Source of the DNA: Candidatus Binatia bacterium
GTDB taxonomy: Bacteria > Desulfobacterota > Binatia > UBA9968 > CAXXLF01
Length of the DNA stretch: 64,000 nt
Direction: 5' to 3'
NCBI GenBank assembly: GCA_963664015.2
Contig: CAXXLF010000001.1
Location: forward strand, 32,001 to 96,000
Shown here: piece after piece, positions 52,779 through 62,991 of the stretch
Layout of the letters: the number at the start of each line of letters is the position of its first letter
Position numbering within the stretch: the stretch's first letter is position 1
The notes under the pieces: model-generated
What the model saw: the letters and a program-made list of their open reading frames with translations, nothing else
The model's database searches: none
What the model was told of the DNA's origin: nothing
Program-made: the position numbers and the translations under genes

Positions 52779-53288
52779 GTGACAGGCAATCAAGGTTTAT
52801 CCTATATTGACGAAAAGGGCAGGCAGCGCTGGCATGCCAATGATAAGATTGCCAACGATATAAAGCGCCTGGGTGATTACCTGATCATTTGCGGGTACGC
52901 CGAATCCCATGCCAAACGGTACGGAATACTGGCCTACACCATCTCCCGCTATCCCGAATCGGTTGTGCAATTACACAGGGAAAGGCACTTGAGTGATATC
53001 CCGGGTGTAGGCGCGACGATTGCAGGGATCATCGACGAGTTTCTTAAGACCGGAACCTGCGCCAAGATGGAAGAATGGGCCGTACGGGTTCCGAAAAGCG
53101 TCCTGGAGATTACCGCTATTCCAGGACTCGGGGCGAAAACCATTCGTACCCTTAGCCGGAAGTATCACATCAGGAGTCTTAGCGACCTGCAAAGGGCCTT
53201 GGACGAAGGCAAACTCGATGGGGTCAAGGGAATCGGCGTCAAGACCATCGACCGCATGCGCCAGCATATAGCCGAACATGAGAAATAA
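52779..53288 (+). CDS. Helix-hairpin-helix protein resembling the N-terminal part of PolX
   Basis: IPGVGATIA, IPGLGAKT, VKGIGVKT HhH motifs; no palm or PHP domain. Confidence 0.75.
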   Translation: MTGNQGLSYIDEKGRQRWHANDKIANDIKRLGDYLIICGYAESHAKRYGILAYTISRYPESVVQLHRERHLSDIPGVGATIAGIIDEFLKTGTCAKMEEWAVRVPKSVLEITAIPGLGAKTIRTLSRKYHIRSLSDLQRALDEGKLDGVKGIGVKTIDRMRQHIAEHEK

Positions 53289-53371
53289 ACGATCACGGCG
53301 ACTCTTGTAAACGAGCCGCCTCTGAGAATCGAGTACCTTTTCATCGATTTCAAACACACTGGATGTGGACC

Positions 53372-53686
53372 ATGCTCAATTATCCCATGCTCTTCAAGCT
53401 TACGGATCATGGGGTACAATTGAGGAGGGAGTTTCCGGACAAGATTGACTCGCTTAAAAAGATTTATCGCGACGCGGGTGTAGAGATGAAATCGGCTTAC
53501 CATTCGACGGGTCCTTTTGAAAGGTTGCAGATCGTTGAAGTTCCTGAGGACTCCGCCATCGCCAAGCTCGTCCTGATTCTAGAGTCCGATGGCTTTATCC
53601 GGGTCCAGACCCGCCGTCTCTACACTGTTGAGGAATATAGGGAAATGGTCGCCGAATTACCTAGAGCCAATATCGAGCCATTCTGA
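53372..53686 (+). CDS. GYD domain protein
   Basis: L.KLTDHG..., Y...G.F....IVEVP, G.IR.QT. Confidence 0.7.
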   Translation: MLNYPMLFKLTDHGVQLRREFPDKIDSLKKIYRDAGVEMKSAYHSTGPFERLQIVEVPEDSAIAKLVLILESDGFIRVQTRRLYTVEEYREMVAELPRANIEPF

Positions 53687-53748
53687 TTAGAAACAAGGCG
53701 GATGTTGGACCCCAAAGGGGTAAGCTTATGACGTAGACGGCAGACGGT

Positions 53749-54345
53749 TTAACCAACTGTTTTAAAGAGTGCCATCAGAAGCCGGTGGGTCGGAAAACAG
53801 ATCAGTATCGGATAAATGATCATGAGGGTGACCAGATAGAGTGAGGCCGGCATCCACTGCTGGGGTACGTCGATCACCCCAAAAACCCAATTGATATTTT
53901 GTCTGGGCTGGGTCACCGCATAAGTGAGCGGGACCAGGATCCAGCCCAAAAGGACCTGATACTTCCAGGCTCGAGGATCATAGCCAAGCTTGCCGAGAGC
54001 CCAGAGCTGAACCACCGGCAGAGCAACGTGAAAGAGAGACAAGGCCCGAATAAAAACAGAAATCTCGGGATTGAACATATAGCCTACCAACCCAACCGAT
54101 CCGGTTTGCCGAATCAGCTTGGTAAAAAAGATCAGGCTCCAGATGATATCAGTGATCAAGACACCGGTCGTCATCATGCCGACGAGGAAGGGGCTTTCGA
54201 GCCAGAGGGCCGCCAGGGTCACGATAAGCGCTATATCAGATATCCAGAGAAGATTCGTCGGGCCGTATCGTATCCAATAGACTGGTACGAATACTATCAC
54301 AAAGAGCGTATAGGGGAGCTTGATCCAGAGAGAAATGGACTCCAT
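53749..54345 (-). CDS. Integral membrane hypothetical protein
   Basis: YGPTNLLWISD, LSLFH, NINWVFG; multiple TM segments. Confidence 0.75.
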   Translation of the reverse strand: MESISLWIKLPYTLFVIVFVPVYWIRYGPTNLLWISDIALIVTLAALWLESPFLVGMMTTGVLITDIIWSLIFFTKLIRQTGSVGLVGYMFNPEISVFIRALSLFHVALPVVQLWALGKLGYDPRAWKYQVLLGWILVPLTYAVTQPRQNINWVFGVIDVPQQWMPASLYLVTLMIIYPILICFPTHRLLMALFKTVG

Positions 54346-54688
54346 GTTACATACCGCTAATCACGAAGTTATTAGAGTATACTTCCACTGGTCCTCCCTG
54401 GCGTCAAGGAGATTTTTGACTTGCCAAGAAGAGCAGAGCCCAGTCGGTAGCAAAAACCGCCCCTAACTGTCAGCTATCAGGGGATATTTAAAGGGAAGCA
54501 CCGAGAACCCAAGGCAACCTTCCGGTGCGTGGGCTTGACACCTTCCCGTGATAAGCGGTAAGCGAAAGCAAGAAACTCTAACCTAAATTCAACCGGAGGG
54601 AACCGATGAGCCTAGGGAAACCCGAATCCTGTCCTTTGCTAAAGACATTTATACAAAGGCCGAGCTGGCAGAGGCACCATGAGGGCAC

Positions 54689-55414
54689 ATGCAATTCCGG
54701 CTGATGACATACAATATCCATAAGGGAATTGGGGGAGTGGACCGGCGATATCATCTAAAGCGGATCATCGAAACCGTGGCCCAATGCGAACCGGATATCG
54801 TTCTGTTGCAAGAAGTGGCAGCCGCAGTCCCCCGATGGCGCCATCACGAGCAGGTTCATTTAATCGGAGACGCGCTGGACTTCCCCCATCGGGCCTTCCA
54901 GCCCAATGCCCAGCTACGCAAAGGACATTACGGAAATGCCATCCTCAGCCGCTTTCCGTTATCCGAAATTCAGGATATCGAGCTCACTGTGCCGCTCAAG
55001 AAAAGGCGTCGCGCCCTGGCTGCACGCTGTCATCTCCGAGTTGGCTCCCGCACGCAGACATTGGCCATTTTCAATTTTCATCTAGGGCTTGCCGCCTATG
55101 AACGAACCATTCAGATCCGGCGGTTCCTCTCCAGCCAGGCGTTGACCCACACTCGCACCACCACTCCGGTGGTAGCGGCTGGGGATTTCAACGATATGTG
55201 GGAAACCCTAGGGAAGCGCCTTTTGGAAACCGCAGGGTTTACCCTCGCATCGGGACGATTGAAAACTTTTCCCGCGTTCCGACCCATTCGCCGCTTGGAC
55301 CAGATTTATTTTAGAGGCAATCTGCAGGTACTGAACTCTTTTCACCCGCAGAGTCTGGTCGCAAGGAGGGCATCGGATCATCTACCCATGGTTTCCGACT
55401 TCCAGATCCTTTAA
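54689..55414 (+). CDS. Endonuclease/exonuclease/phosphatase family protein (YbhP-like)
   Basis: TYNIHKG, LQEV, GNAILSR, GDFND, LDQIY, SDHLP. Confidence 0.92.
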   Translation: MQFRLMTYNIHKGIGGVDRRYHLKRIIETVAQCEPDIVLLQEVAAAVPRWRHHEQVHLIGDALDFPHRAFQPNAQLRKGHYGNAILSRFPLSEIQDIELTVPLKKRRRALAARCHLRVGSRTQTLAIFNFHLGLAAYERTIQIRRFLSSQALTHTRTTTPVVAAGDFNDMWETLGKRLLETAGFTLASGRLKTFPAFRPIRRLDQIYFRGNLQVLNSFHPQSLVARRASDHLPMVSDFQIL

Positions 55415-55475
55415 TTGATCCGGGTAACGAGAAGGGGAAATAGCGTAGCTCCGATTGTCCCGCTGGACAAGGGCC

Positions 55476-57395
55476 TCACTGACGCCGGGGCTCGGACTCT
55501 TGTTGCAGGGATTCAAGCTCGGACCAACGCTCAATGGCCTGATCGAGTTCGCCCTTTTTTGCCAACAATTGGTTGAGGATGGGTTGGACCTTCTCGTAAG
55601 GTTGAGAGTAGAAGTCCGGGTGGGCGCTCTGTTCTTCCAGGCCTGCGACCTCTTTCTCGAAAACGTCAATCCGTTCCGGGAGCTGTTCAAGCTCCCGTTT
55701 CAGCTTATAACTGAGCTTTTTCACCTGGGACACCATCTCATCCGGGGAATCCACTTGGGTGCTTTTGGCTCGGCGCCGGGTGTGCCCGGAATCGTCCCTT
55801 TCAGTGAGCGATATGCCCTGTCTCAGCCAGTCGCTGTATCCACCCACATAGGGTTGAACCTTTCCTGAATCTTCAAAAACGAGTGTGCTTGTCACCGTAT
55901 TGTCGAGAAACCTACGATCGTGGCTGACAACAATTAGCGTACCTTTGTATTCGGACAAGCGTTCTTCGAAAACCTCCAGGGTCTCAATGTCCAGGTCGTT
56001 GGTTGGTTCGTCCAGTACCAGTAAATTGGTAGGCCGCGTAAAGAGTTTTGCCAGAAGGATCCGATTGCACTCACCGCCGGAGAGGGCTCCAACCGGAGTT
56101 ATGGCCCGTTTGTAACTGAATAAAAAGCCTCTCAAATAGCCAATAACGTGTTGATCCTTACCGTTTACCGTAATGAATTCCCGTCCTTCACCAACGGTCT
56201 GAGCAACGGTCTTGTGGGGCTCCAGTTGTCCGCGCAGCTGGTCAAAATACCCGATCTCTAAATGGGTGCCCCATTCGACGGTCCCTTTATCGGGCACCAA
56301 CTCTCCCAATATGATACGAAGCAATGTGCTCTTGCCGATACCGTTGTTTCCGAGTAGCCCGATACGATCGCCCCGCGTAATTTTAAACGATAGACCCTGG
56401 ATCAAGGGCTGATCATTGTAGCTGTGACTGATCTTGCGAAGCTCTATCACTTTGCGCTCAGACCGTTCCGCTTCTCCCACTTGGATGCGCGGTTTGCTCT
56501 CCGGCTTGACCCGCTGGGCGTATTCCTCGCGCATGGCCACCAGGGCGCGAACGCGGCCCTCGTTGCGAGTCCGGCGTGCCTTGATTCCCCGCCGTATCCA
56601 GGCCTCCTCCTGTGCGAGTTTCTTATCGAACAGCGCTTCATGACGGGCCTCGTCCTCCAGAGCCTTCTCCTTACGTTCCAAGAAGTTTGCATAGTCTCCC
56701 GGCCAACTTGTTAGCCGACCCCGATCCAGCTCGACAATGCGGGTAGCGAGTCTCTGTAGAAACGCCCGATCATGGGTGATGAACAAAACACTTCCCGAAA
56801 ACTCACTGACCTTGTTCTCCAACCACTGAATGGTACTCAGATCGAGGTGGTTGGTGGGCTCGTCGAGGAGTAATAGGTCCGGGCTGCAAACCAGCGCCTT
56901 GGCCAGAGCCACTCGACGACGCCACCCACCGGATAGTTCCCTGATCTTGCGTTCCGCCGGAAGGCTAAGCTCTGCCATTGTGGTCCTCACGCGATGATCG
57001 AGATCCCACCCTCCCTCCGCTTCGATTCGCTGGTGTAGGCGTTGCAACTCCAGCAGACCGGGTTTATCCAGTTTCTCATTGGAACGACCCTGATAGAGAT
57101 CGATCAGCTTCTGAAGCCCGGCTAGACCGGTGGCTACAAGCTCTTCCACGGTCTCATCAAGCTCACGGGGCAGGGTTTGTTCCAGCTGGCTGATACGAAT
57201 GCCTGTCTCACACCGCACCTCGCCTCGATCGGGCTGATACTCACCGCTTATCAATCGCAGCATCGAGGTCTTTCCCGTACCGTTACGGCCGATCAGACAA
57301 ACCCGCTCACCCCCCTCGATGACGAATTGGGCCCGGGTCAGTAGTTTTTGATCGCCAAACTCCAGCGATACATCTTCAAAGCGTACTAGGGACAT
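55476..57395 (-). CDS. uup: ABC-F family ATPase Uup
   Basis: Two ABC domains, IKARRTRNEGRVRAL linker, C-terminal KKLSYKLKREL. Confidence 0.92.
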   Translation of the reverse strand: MSLVRFEDVSLEFGDQKLLTRAQFVIEGGERVCLIGRNGTGKTSMLRLISGEYQPDRGEVRCETGIRISQLEQTLPRELDETVEELVATGLAGLQKLIDLYQGRSNEKLDKPGLLELQRLHQRIEAEGGWDLDHRVRTTMAELSLPAERKIRELSGGWRRRVALAKALVCSPDLLLLDEPTNHLDLSTIQWLENKVSEFSGSVLFITHDRAFLQRLATRIVELDRGRLTSWPGDYANFLERKEKALEDEARHEALFDKKLAQEEAWIRRGIKARRTRNEGRVRALVAMREEYAQRVKPESKPRIQVGEAERSERKVIELRKISHSYNDQPLIQGLSFKITRGDRIGLLGNNGIGKSTLLRIILGELVPDKGTVEWGTHLEIGYFDQLRGQLEPHKTVAQTVGEGREFITVNGKDQHVIGYLRGFLFSYKRAITPVGALSGGECNRILLAKLFTRPTNLLVLDEPTNDLDIETLEVFEERLSEYKGTLIVVSHDRRFLDNTVTSTLVFEDSGKVQPYVGGYSDWLRQGISLTERDDSGHTRRRAKSTQVDSPDEMVSQVKKLSYKLKRELEQLPERIDVFEKEVAGLEEQSAHPDFYSQPYEKVQPILNQLLAKKGELDQAIERWSELESLQQESEPRRQ

Positions 57396-57529
57396 ATGTT
57401 ACGGGAGAACCCTCGGTAAAGATTCCTATTGGAGATTACAGGTTAGCGAAACTACAGGCAACAGGCGAAAATTCGCTGGTAAGCTAGACCTATCGACGGC
57501 CATCGTACCAAAAGGTACAAAAACGCCAA

Positions 57530-58010
57530 TCTCGAATGGACCGGCGCGGATACCTGAGTATCCCCAGCAAGACCCTGAAAAGTTCGCCACGAGTATATGG
57601 CTTTACCTTCCAACCCGAGGTGAGGAGCGGGTGGCGGTCTAATAAGACTAAGTCGCAACCCTTTTTTCGAGTCCAGCGTTTCAGGCACCCGCTGAAGTCG
57701 ATTTCCTCAGCGGCAAAATCTTCCAGGCTAAAACTTCCGAAGAAGCCACGAAAGGCTGTTTGCATTCATCACCGCAAGTTTTCGCCGGTCACCCGAAGCT
57801 CCCGTGATTAAACTGGGATAGGGGATCTACGGGAAGAGTGCCTTCTACCACGCATAGGGGCCCTTACACGCCTTCAATACCTGCAATACCTGGGTTGCCA
57901 GAGTGGTTCACTCGACGGGATATCCAATCTCAACCGCCACAATCAGCGTCAGGGGTATCATGTCTCAGCTGGAGCCGAGCACTAAGGAAGAGATACCCTG
58001 CTACTCAGTC
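57530..58010 (+). pseudogene. DUF2459-like protein remnant
   Basis: RLFAFITASF...KLG*GIYGKSAFYHA*GPLHAFNTCNTWVA with TAGs at 57819 and 57855; boundaries approximate. Confidence 0.6.
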
Positions 58011-58306
58011 CGTTAGCCTTGTGCCGTTTTTATTCAGACATCGCTCCGATCCTACTACCCATGCTCCCCGATCAACTGTACTAGGTTAAGCAGCCAGTGA
58101 AAAGAAGAGGGTTCACCATCTTCCTCACAAGTGGTAGAATGATCGATACTAAAGATTAAGGACTAACCGGGAGGATCCATGCATCACGGTAAAGTAAGCA
58201 AAGAAATCGCTACCGGCACCGAAGTTGAGAAACTGGATCAGATCCTGAAACGTTAAAACCGGCATTATCAGCCGAATGGAGAATAAACACTTGGGGAGGT
58301 TATTGG

Positions 58307-58840
58307 ATGATTCTTAATGAGCAACTTGCAAAATCAATGTCCAGCCAATTCGTAACCCTGATCCTGGATAACGAGGTGACCGTCGGATATTTTGTGGCTG
58401 AGCCGCCGTTCCCGTGGACCCGTGTCGTCCAGCTGGGCGGACCCTACCAGGCCGTCGCAGACGCTCCAGTTCCATTAACCGCCGGGCAAACCAAGATCGA
58501 GATGAAAATCTGGGACGAGGTTTTACTCCAGGGAATCATGGATACATTGAAGGATCTAAATGGCTCCGTGGACTATGCACTGATCGGAAACAATGCAGGG
58601 CAGGGGATTCCACTCGCACGATGTCTGGATCAGAGCATCAAATCCGATCGGGCCGCCGTCATCTACGGAACGAATCTGCCGGAACAAAGAGAATACGAGC
58701 AGATGGGTTATCGAACCTTTTTCCCCAGGGCAGAGTCCGTGCCGCGCCTGCTCCAACTGGCGCAAGGGGCCGGCCGACCGTTGGCGCTATACTTCATCAA
58801 TACCATACAACACAACGAGTCCAACTATCACGATCCTTAA
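58307..58840 (+). CDS. Hypothetical protein
   Basis: 177-aa ORF with RBS GGAGG. Confidence 0.65.
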   Translation: MILNEQLAKSMSSQFVTLILDNEVTVGYFVAEPPFPWTRVVQLGGPYQAVADAPVPLTAGQTKIEMKIWDEVLLQGIMDTLKDLNGSVDYALIGNNAGQGIPLARCLDQSIKSDRAAVIYGTNLPEQREYEQMGYRTFFPRAESVPRLLQLAQGAGRPLALYFINTIQHNESNYHDP

Positions 58841-58898
58841 ACCAACGGAAGACACCTGCGGCAAAGGGGTAACGCAAATAGGATTGTCTACAAGGGAA

Positions 58899-59180
58899 CT
58901 AGCGGTTTACCGGTAGCTTGCGATCGTTACACTCAACCATTCCCCCTTTGAGGTTCGAGACCCGCCCGAAACCCAGACCCGTGAGAATTGCCGGCCCCGT
59001 CGTGCTGCGTGCACCCGCACGACAGACAACGACAAACTGCCTATCCCTGTGGGGGGCCAGTTCACCGGCGCGGCTAGGAAGTTCCTTCAGAGGTAGGAGC
59101 AGGCTGTTGCTGATATGCCCGAGCTCTCCCGAATACTCCTCTGATTCACGCACGTCGACAACCAGAGGGGTCGGCCCCCT
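58899..59180 (-). pseudogene. Rhodanese domain fragment (5'-truncated)
   Basis: LVVDVRESEEY..ELGHI, VVVCRAGARS, LKGGM; no start or RBS. Confidence 0.65.
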
Positions 59181-59369
59181 TCAGTGCGAGACGTTTCACA
59201 TCCGATTAGGTAGATTTTACATTGGGAACGATTGATCTCGTGGAAAAACATACCCCTACACCAAAGGTTGATGTGCGAAGTTAATGGGGCACTTGATTTT
59301 ATCCACGGAGGCCATGAACGTCAAATCATTTTCATGAGTTCACGTCAGATGCACTCACGGGCGTTTTTT

Positions 59370-60161
59370 CTAATCCCCACCAACGTCATCCGGCAGGCCG
59401 ATATTGTTGGCCTGGAGCAGCTTCACGTAATGATTCCAACCGAAGTTCTCGACTCCCTCCAGCTTTGCCCTCCAACCGCCCCGCTGTCCTTCGGATCTGC
59501 CTTTGCGATCATACCGGGCCATGTCTTCATCGGAAATATTCAGCGCTTTCCGTCCCGATAGGGCGATCTCCCACATGATCCTGGAAACCCGGTCAAAGCG
59601 AATGGCCAATTGTGTTGCTTGCTGCACCGAAGGACCGGTGACGGTGATGCCGTGCCCGCGCATCAACAAGACGTCACGTTGGCCCATGGACTCGAGCATG
59701 TCGGCCGCCAGTTCCTTATTTATAACGGTCACGGCTCGTGGAAAAATCGGAACTCCCTTTTGGATGATATCGAGAGACGACGGGTCGTAAGCCGCGAACA
59801 CAGGCTTGAACTCCATGTGGGTTACACCGCACAAGAGGGCGTAATAGGGGTGAGCATGGACGACCGCCTGGACTTCCGGGTGGGCCCGGTAAATCTCGCC
59901 GTGTATCGGGGTCTCGTTAGGCGAGGCGTGTTTGTCCCCTACGCCAGCTCCCTTACCATCGAAATCCGTGCGCCGGATATTGTGCAAGCCGGTGAACGTA
60001 AGGCCGCACTCGTCCCCACCGCGGCACCGCATCCACATCTCGTCGGTACCCGGTATCCGTGCGCTCACGTGTCCCGTGGACTCGTTTACAAGCCCGAGCA
60101 TCCCCAGGATCCGGCAAGATATCGCTACATTCTTCCTAATCTCTTCGATTCCGCTGCTCAT
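59370..60161 (-). CDS. Class II aldolase/adducin family protein
   Basis: GHVSAR, ETPIH, VVHAHP, LMRGHG. Confidence 0.9.
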   Translation of the reverse strand: MSSGIEEIRKNVAISCRILGMLGLVNESTGHVSARIPGTDEMWMRCRGGDECGLTFTGLHNIRRTDFDGKGAGVGDKHASPNETPIHGEIYRAHPEVQAVVHAHPYYALLCGVTHMEFKPVFAAYDPSSLDIIQKGVPIFPRAVTVINKELAADMLESMGQRDVLLMRGHGITVTGPSVQQATQLAIRFDRVSRIMWEIALSGRKALNISDEDMARYDRKGRSEGQRGGWRAKLEGVENFGWNHYVKLLQANNIGLPDDVGGD

Positions 60162-60285
60162 GGTTTCTCCTTCGTCCATATCAACAATATGAGGTATCCC
60201 AATGACTATCCCACCAAAAAGGGCTTGTCCATGGCTTCCTAAGGGGGGGGGGACTATTTCGACCATTTCATCTTGCGAATGTGTA

Positions 60286-60315
60286 TTGACAAGCAGACAG
60301 GTCCCGAACTATAAA
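60286..60315 (+). promoter_or_regulatory. Putative sigma70 promoter
   Basis: TTGACA-N18-TATAAA upstream of amidohydrolase. Confidence 0.55.
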
Positions 60316-60382
60316 TCGTCAAATCGGGAGAAACAGTTTAAATCGGATCTGCCTCGGCCGTGAGGGTAGGGAAGGATAACTT

Positions 60383-61405
60383 ATGTCAAAAGGTTACATT
60401 GATGCTGACGGACATGTCATGGAGAACGAAGACGATCTGCTATCATTCGTAGCAGCGCCATTCAATAACCGGGGAGCGCGCAATATGGTACCGAGTTTAG
60501 ACCACTTTCACACGCCCTCCGACGGCACGCCACGAACACCTGGAACCTTCGATAGGAACACCGGGCCGGATCAATGGCTCAATTTCCTACAGAAATCGGA
60601 AACCGAGTATACGGTGCTCTATCCGACTACCGGATTGGCCTACGGCAATATGGCCTATCCGCAGTGGGCCCTGGCCTACGCCCAAGGCTACAACGACTAC
60701 ATCCACGCCCGGTACCTCAAACGGAGCCCCCGCTTTCAAGCGGTTTCTCTCATTCCGATGCAAAATGTCCCCGATGCGGTGACCGAACTGCGCCGTTCGG
60801 TTAAAGAACTGGGGTTTGTCGGAGCCATGATACCTTCCAACGGACTGACCCGCCACGTGAGCCACCCCGAGTTCTGGCCGATCTACGAGGAAGCGGAAAA
60901 ACTGGGTTGTGTCCTGGCCGTCCATGGAGGCAGCTATATCAATCTCGGCTTCAACACCTATATGGAATTTCCCGCAACCCGCGCCCTTGGGATGCCGTTC
61001 CCACTGGCTATCGCCCTCACGGGGATGATCGTTGACGGGGTATTGGATCGGTTCCCAAAGTTGCATTTAGGATTTATGGAGGGGGGGACGGCCTGGATTC
61101 CCTTGGTACTCGACCGACTCGAACGCGAGTTGGAATACGGCGGCCTCAAACTCAAACGGCACCCTGAGGACTACTTCACGGAGGACCGAATCTTCGTCGG
61201 ATGCGAGGGTAATGAGAAGGCCCTAGCGTACGCCATCGAGCGAGTGGGGCCACAGCCTTTCATGTTCGCTTCCGATTTTCCCCACGAAATCTCCATCAGC
61301 AATTGCATGGAAGAGATCGACGAGATTCTGGAACGGGAGGATATCAAAAAGGAACACAAGGCCGCTATTCTGGGTGAGAACGCACGCCGGTTCTACCGTC
61401 ACTAA
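60383..61405 (+). CDS. Amidohydrolase family protein (Amidohydro_2)
   Basis: DADGHVME, LAVHGG, FMEGG, FASDFPHE. Confidence 0.9.
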   Translation: MSKGYIDADGHVMENEDDLLSFVAAPFNNRGARNMVPSLDHFHTPSDGTPRTPGTFDRNTGPDQWLNFLQKSETEYTVLYPTTGLAYGNMAYPQWALAYAQGYNDYIHARYLKRSPRFQAVSLIPMQNVPDAVTELRRSVKELGFVGAMIPSNGLTRHVSHPEFWPIYEEAEKLGCVLAVHGGSYINLGFNTYMEFPATRALGMPFPLAIALTGMIVDGVLDRFPKLHLGFMEGGTAWIPLVLDRLERELEYGGLKLKRHPEDYFTEDRIFVGCEGNEKALAYAIERVGPQPFMFASDFPHEISISNCMEEIDEILEREDIKKEHKAAILGENARRFYRH

Positions 61406-61813
61406 ATCCATTAGCCGTGTGAACGGCTGCTCCACGCTTCGATGGTGCCAGTTTACATGTGCAGGCTCTGGGAGAGATGACGTCCTGACAAGGGGTCTGT
61501 CAGATAATTCCCCTTGATATTGAAAGGGAACCAGACCAGGGTCGCGCCGGCCACGGCAAGTTCATCCTGCTGAAGAGATTAAAAAGGAAGGGGAGTGCCA
61601 GATACTAAGCCTCTGATATTTAAAGATTTTGCCCGAATAGGAGAGGGTAGCCGATACCCTATTATGGAACAACTTGGTAAAAAACGTCCTGTTTCGGCAT
61701 TCACCGGATTTGCTAAAACCGGTGGGAAATGGATCGACACTATTAAATCGACCGCCGGCAATAGAGAGGCGCAACGGATTAGGAGTGGAGAAAGGCGGAA
61801 AAACTCGCCGCGG

Positions 61814-62902
61814 CTACAACTGATAGAGCCGCTGCGGATTCACTGAGAGGATCTTTTCCATCGTATTATCGCTGAGATCGCCCCGGGCTTTAAGTCCAAT
61901 GGCCAACTGATCCTGGCGAAAATTATCGCCGTGTGGAAAGTCCGTCGCCGTAACCAGGAAGTCTTTGCCTACCTTACTCATAATATAAGGGATATCGTCA
62001 TCCAACGCGCACGAGACAAAGACCCTCTCGCCCAGCACCTCGTCGATGATAGCCCCTCTGCGCGCCCGCAAGCCTTTAACGAGACGGACAGTCCACTCGG
62101 ATCCGGCCTCCAGAAAACTGAACCGGAGTTTGGGAAAGTCTTCGAGGATGCTCGAGCTGAGAATCTGCTGAAAGGCGTATAGAACGTAAGGCCCGCTGAC
62201 CAACCCGTTGCCCAGCGGGTGAATATGCGGCCGCGAGTCGTCGTAGGCGGGACGGGGCACACCCTGAAACATCTCACGGATCATGGGGCTCGACCCGTTA
62301 CCTACATGAACGGTAATCGGGAGATTCTGCCGCTCGGCTTCTTCATAGATAGGCCAGTGATCTGGATGGGTCAGGGGCCGGTCCCACTCAATGCCGCGGG
62401 CGTATATCCCGGCTACGGAACCAAGGGACTTGACCCGTTTGATCTCCTTAACCGCCAACTCGGGTCGGCGCCAGGGAACGATCGCCACGTACCATAGGCG
62501 CCCACCCGATTGGCTGCACTGCGTTGCCATGAACTGATTGTAGCTCCGCGCTAGCGCCGCCTCGAGATCGACGTTTTCCGCAAGGCACCCGAGCCATATG
62601 GATGGGAAGACGACCTGCTTATCGATACCGAGCTCGTCCAGACACGATAGCCGTGCCCTGACGTCGCGCATCTCCTGTACCGGTATCGGCACGTCCTTCT
62701 CATGGGCGCGCTTCATCAAAGTCGGATTGGCAGCAAAGAAGCGCAGCTTGTAATCGATAATCCAAGCCGCATTGTGCGAGCCGAAGCAGGTGTCCTCTGG
62801 TAAAACGACCGGAATGGGTCGAAGCAGATAGAACTCAGGGTCGAGGTGATGCCACGTTTCAAGGCACTCTTCGACGTGCGCGTCGCAATCGATCACTCCC
62901 AT
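61814..62902 (-). CDS. Amidohydrolase family protein (Amidohydro_2)
   Basis: DCDAHVEE, TVHVG, FLEAG, ATDFPHGD. Confidence 0.9.
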   Translation of the reverse strand: MGVIDCDAHVEECLETWHHLDPEFYLLRPIPVVLPEDTCFGSHNAAWIIDYKLRFFAANPTLMKRAHEKDVPIPVQEMRDVRARLSCLDELGIDKQVVFPSIWLGCLAENVDLEAALARSYNQFMATQCSQSGGRLWYVAIVPWRRPELAVKEIKRVKSLGSVAGIYARGIEWDRPLTHPDHWPIYEEAERQNLPITVHVGNGSSPMIREMFQGVPRPAYDDSRPHIHPLGNGLVSGPYVLYAFQQILSSSILEDFPKLRFSFLEAGSEWTVRLVKGLRARRGAIIDEVLGERVFVSCALDDDIPYIMSKVGKDFLVTATDFPHGDNFRQDQLAIGLKARGDLSDNTMEKILSVNPQRLYQL

Positions 62903-62991
62903 AAACTGAATCCTCCAGGGTAAATAACCTTACCTACCGATGGGAACGCGGAATGTCAATATTTCGGATTCCGCAATTAAAGCCGTGACCT

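Noticed and set aside
54596-54723. Possible riboswitch or leader ORF before the EEP gene
   Set aside because: No recognisable riboswitch consensus; the short ORF has no identifiable family
57819-57857. Two in-frame TAGs as pyrrolysine or recoding
   Set aside because: Surrounding gene is also frameshifted, and TAG is used as a normal stop elsewhere (e.g. lepB, thrC)
61595-61813. 83-aa ORF between convergent amidohydrolases
   Set aside because: No recognisable domain and it overlaps the opposite gene's end; may be a remnant but cannot be supported
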